Positions 62,792-64,000 of a stretch of DNA of 64,000 nucleotides are shown piece by piece; the first letter of the stretch is position 1, and every line of letters begins with the position of its first letter. Location: the NCBI GenBank assembly GCA_038242555.1, contig JBBSRZ010000001.1, positions 14,062-78,061 of the forward strand, read 5' to 3'. Source of the DNA: Flavobacteriales bacterium. Its GTDB lineage: Bacteria; Bacteroidota; Bacteroidia; Flavobacteriales; Weeksellaceae. The notes beneath the pieces are model-generated. The model saw nothing but the letters and a program-made list of their open reading frames with translations, did no database searches and was not told the DNA's origin. Both the position numbers and the translations under genes were made by a program.

Positions 62792-63229
62792 CTATGAATG
62801 AATCGGAATAACCAAAACCGGAACTTCGGATCGTCGGGTTAATTCTTTCGTTAAACTTCCCACGAAAACGTCGTACATATTACTTCGTCCGTGCGAACCC
62901 ATTACGATATAACCAGCATCCTGATCTTTCGCATATTGTAGGATAACATCGCCCGCAATACCTTGTTTCAGTAAATGTTCACAATCCACACCTTGCGCAA
63001 TGATTCTTTGCTCCAATGCGTCTAACTGCACCAATTCCTGTTTGATCTCATTCTGTTCGATTTCGGGAAAATACTGAAATCCCATATCACCAATCGCAAA
63101 ACCGATATCGGTTGGCGCCACGTGAATTAAGCAAAGTTTTCCATTGATCTGTCTTGCAAACTTCATCGCACCTTCGACTAGTTTTTCAGTAGCCTCAGAA
63201 AAATCTACAGGTAAAATAATATTTATCAT
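62792..63229 (-). CDS. Universal stress protein
   Basis: ILPVDFS, IVMGSHGRS, VGS, PVLVIP. Confidence 0.93.
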   Translation of the reverse strand: MINIILPVDFSEATEKLVEGAMKFARQINGKLCLIHVAPTDIGFAIGDMGFQYFPEIEQNEIKQELVQLDALEQRIIAQGVDCEHLLKQGIAGDVILQYAKDQDAGYIVMGSHGRSNMYDVFVGSLTKELTRRSEVPVLVIPIHS

Positions 63230-63287
63230 GATTGTTAATTTTGTTGTTTAAAGTTACAATTATTTGGTGACACCATCAAGATAGAAA

Positions 63288-63896
63288 TTATTGAATTCTA
63301 ACATCAAATACTTTTTGATCTTCTAGAAATGCTTCCAATACGTCGTTTTCAGCAACCTTGCCAACACCTTTTGGAGTTCCGGTGAAAATTAAATCACCGA
63401 CTCGCAAAGTAAAATACTTCGACACAAACGCAATGATCTTTTCCGGCGAGAAAATCATCAAAGAAGTATTTCCATTTTGAACTTCCTCTTTGTTTTTATT
63501 CAATGAAAAGTTGAGATTTGCAATATCATAATCCTTTTTTTTATAAAATTCTGAAAGTACGGCACTTCCGTCAAAAGCTTTGGCTAATTCCCAAGGAAGA
63601 CCTTTTGCTTTTAACTGACTTTGTAAATCTCTAGCGGTAAAATCAATTCCTAAACCGATTTCATCGTAATGTTTATTGGCATTTTCTTCTAAAATATACT
63701 TTCCTCCTTTCGATATTTTCAATACAATTTCTAATTCATAATGAACATCGTCCGAAAATTCAGGAATATAAAAGTCACTTCCTTTTTTTAAAACGGCCGT
63801 GTCGGGTTTCATAAAAATGACGGGACTTTCCGGGATTTCATTTCCTAATTCTTGTGCGTGTTCGGCATAATTTCTTCCGATGCAAATAATTTTCAT
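63288..63896 (-). CDS. Fumarylacetoacetate hydrolase family protein
   Basis: CIGRNYAEH, HYELE, DFTARD, GDLIFTGTPKGVG. Confidence 0.94.
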   Translation of the reverse strand: MKIICIGRNYAEHAQELGNEIPESPVIFMKPDTAVLKKGSDFYIPEFSDDVHYELEIVLKISKGGKYILEENANKHYDEIGLGIDFTARDLQSQLKAKGLPWELAKAFDGSAVLSEFYKKKDYDIANLNFSLNKNKEEVQNGNTSLMIFSPEKIIAFVSKYFTLRVGDLIFTGTPKGVGKVAENDVLEAFLEDQKVFDVRIQ

Positions 63897-64000
63897 TCTC
63901 TATTGTTGTTTTTTAATAAAATTTTTCTACTTATCAAGCAAGATTAACCTCACATTTTAAATTCATTGTTGCAATAGTAACAATGGTAAAGATGACTTGG

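Overview
AT-rich chromosomal segment of a Bacteroidota bacterium, most likely Weeksellaceae (Kaistella/Chryseobacterium-like). The assignment rests on TAnnTTTG -7 promoters, SD-less A-rich starts, T9SS C-terminal domains and Flavobacteriia-type gene content. Positions 1-9.1 kb are an accessory-looking run of mostly co-oriented small genes: two CAAX/CPBP proteases, membrane proteins, a GNAT, an AlkB-like enzyme, PhzF, TraB/GumN and a T9SS substrate, plus one decayed gene and degenerate attC-like hairpins. The rest is largely core genome: pnp, rpsO, ssb, hisS, tRNA-Ala(GGC), uvrA, ahpC/trx, murA, lemA, der, upp, queD, lpxH-like, uraH, gap, pfkA, tig and an M16 protease. The most notable items are: (1) an HxH/CxxC/RGPP leader ORF ahead of a TonB-dependent receptor and lipoprotein, a candidate metal-sensing ribosome-arrest system; (2) an unannotated 37-aa gene with a near-perfect sigma54 promoter, and related motifs at other small stress-type genes; (3) a secreted GH13 amylase whose signal peptide begins at an ATT codon; (4) a GH109/nucleotidyltransferase/kinase operon that looks like a GalNAc salvage pathway; (5) a tail-less SSB paired with a stand-alone HRDC protein; (6) several families of REP/MITE-like intergenic repeats. 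No CRISPR array, rRNA, transposase or integrase was seen. All family assignments come from motif recognition by eye, not from database searches.
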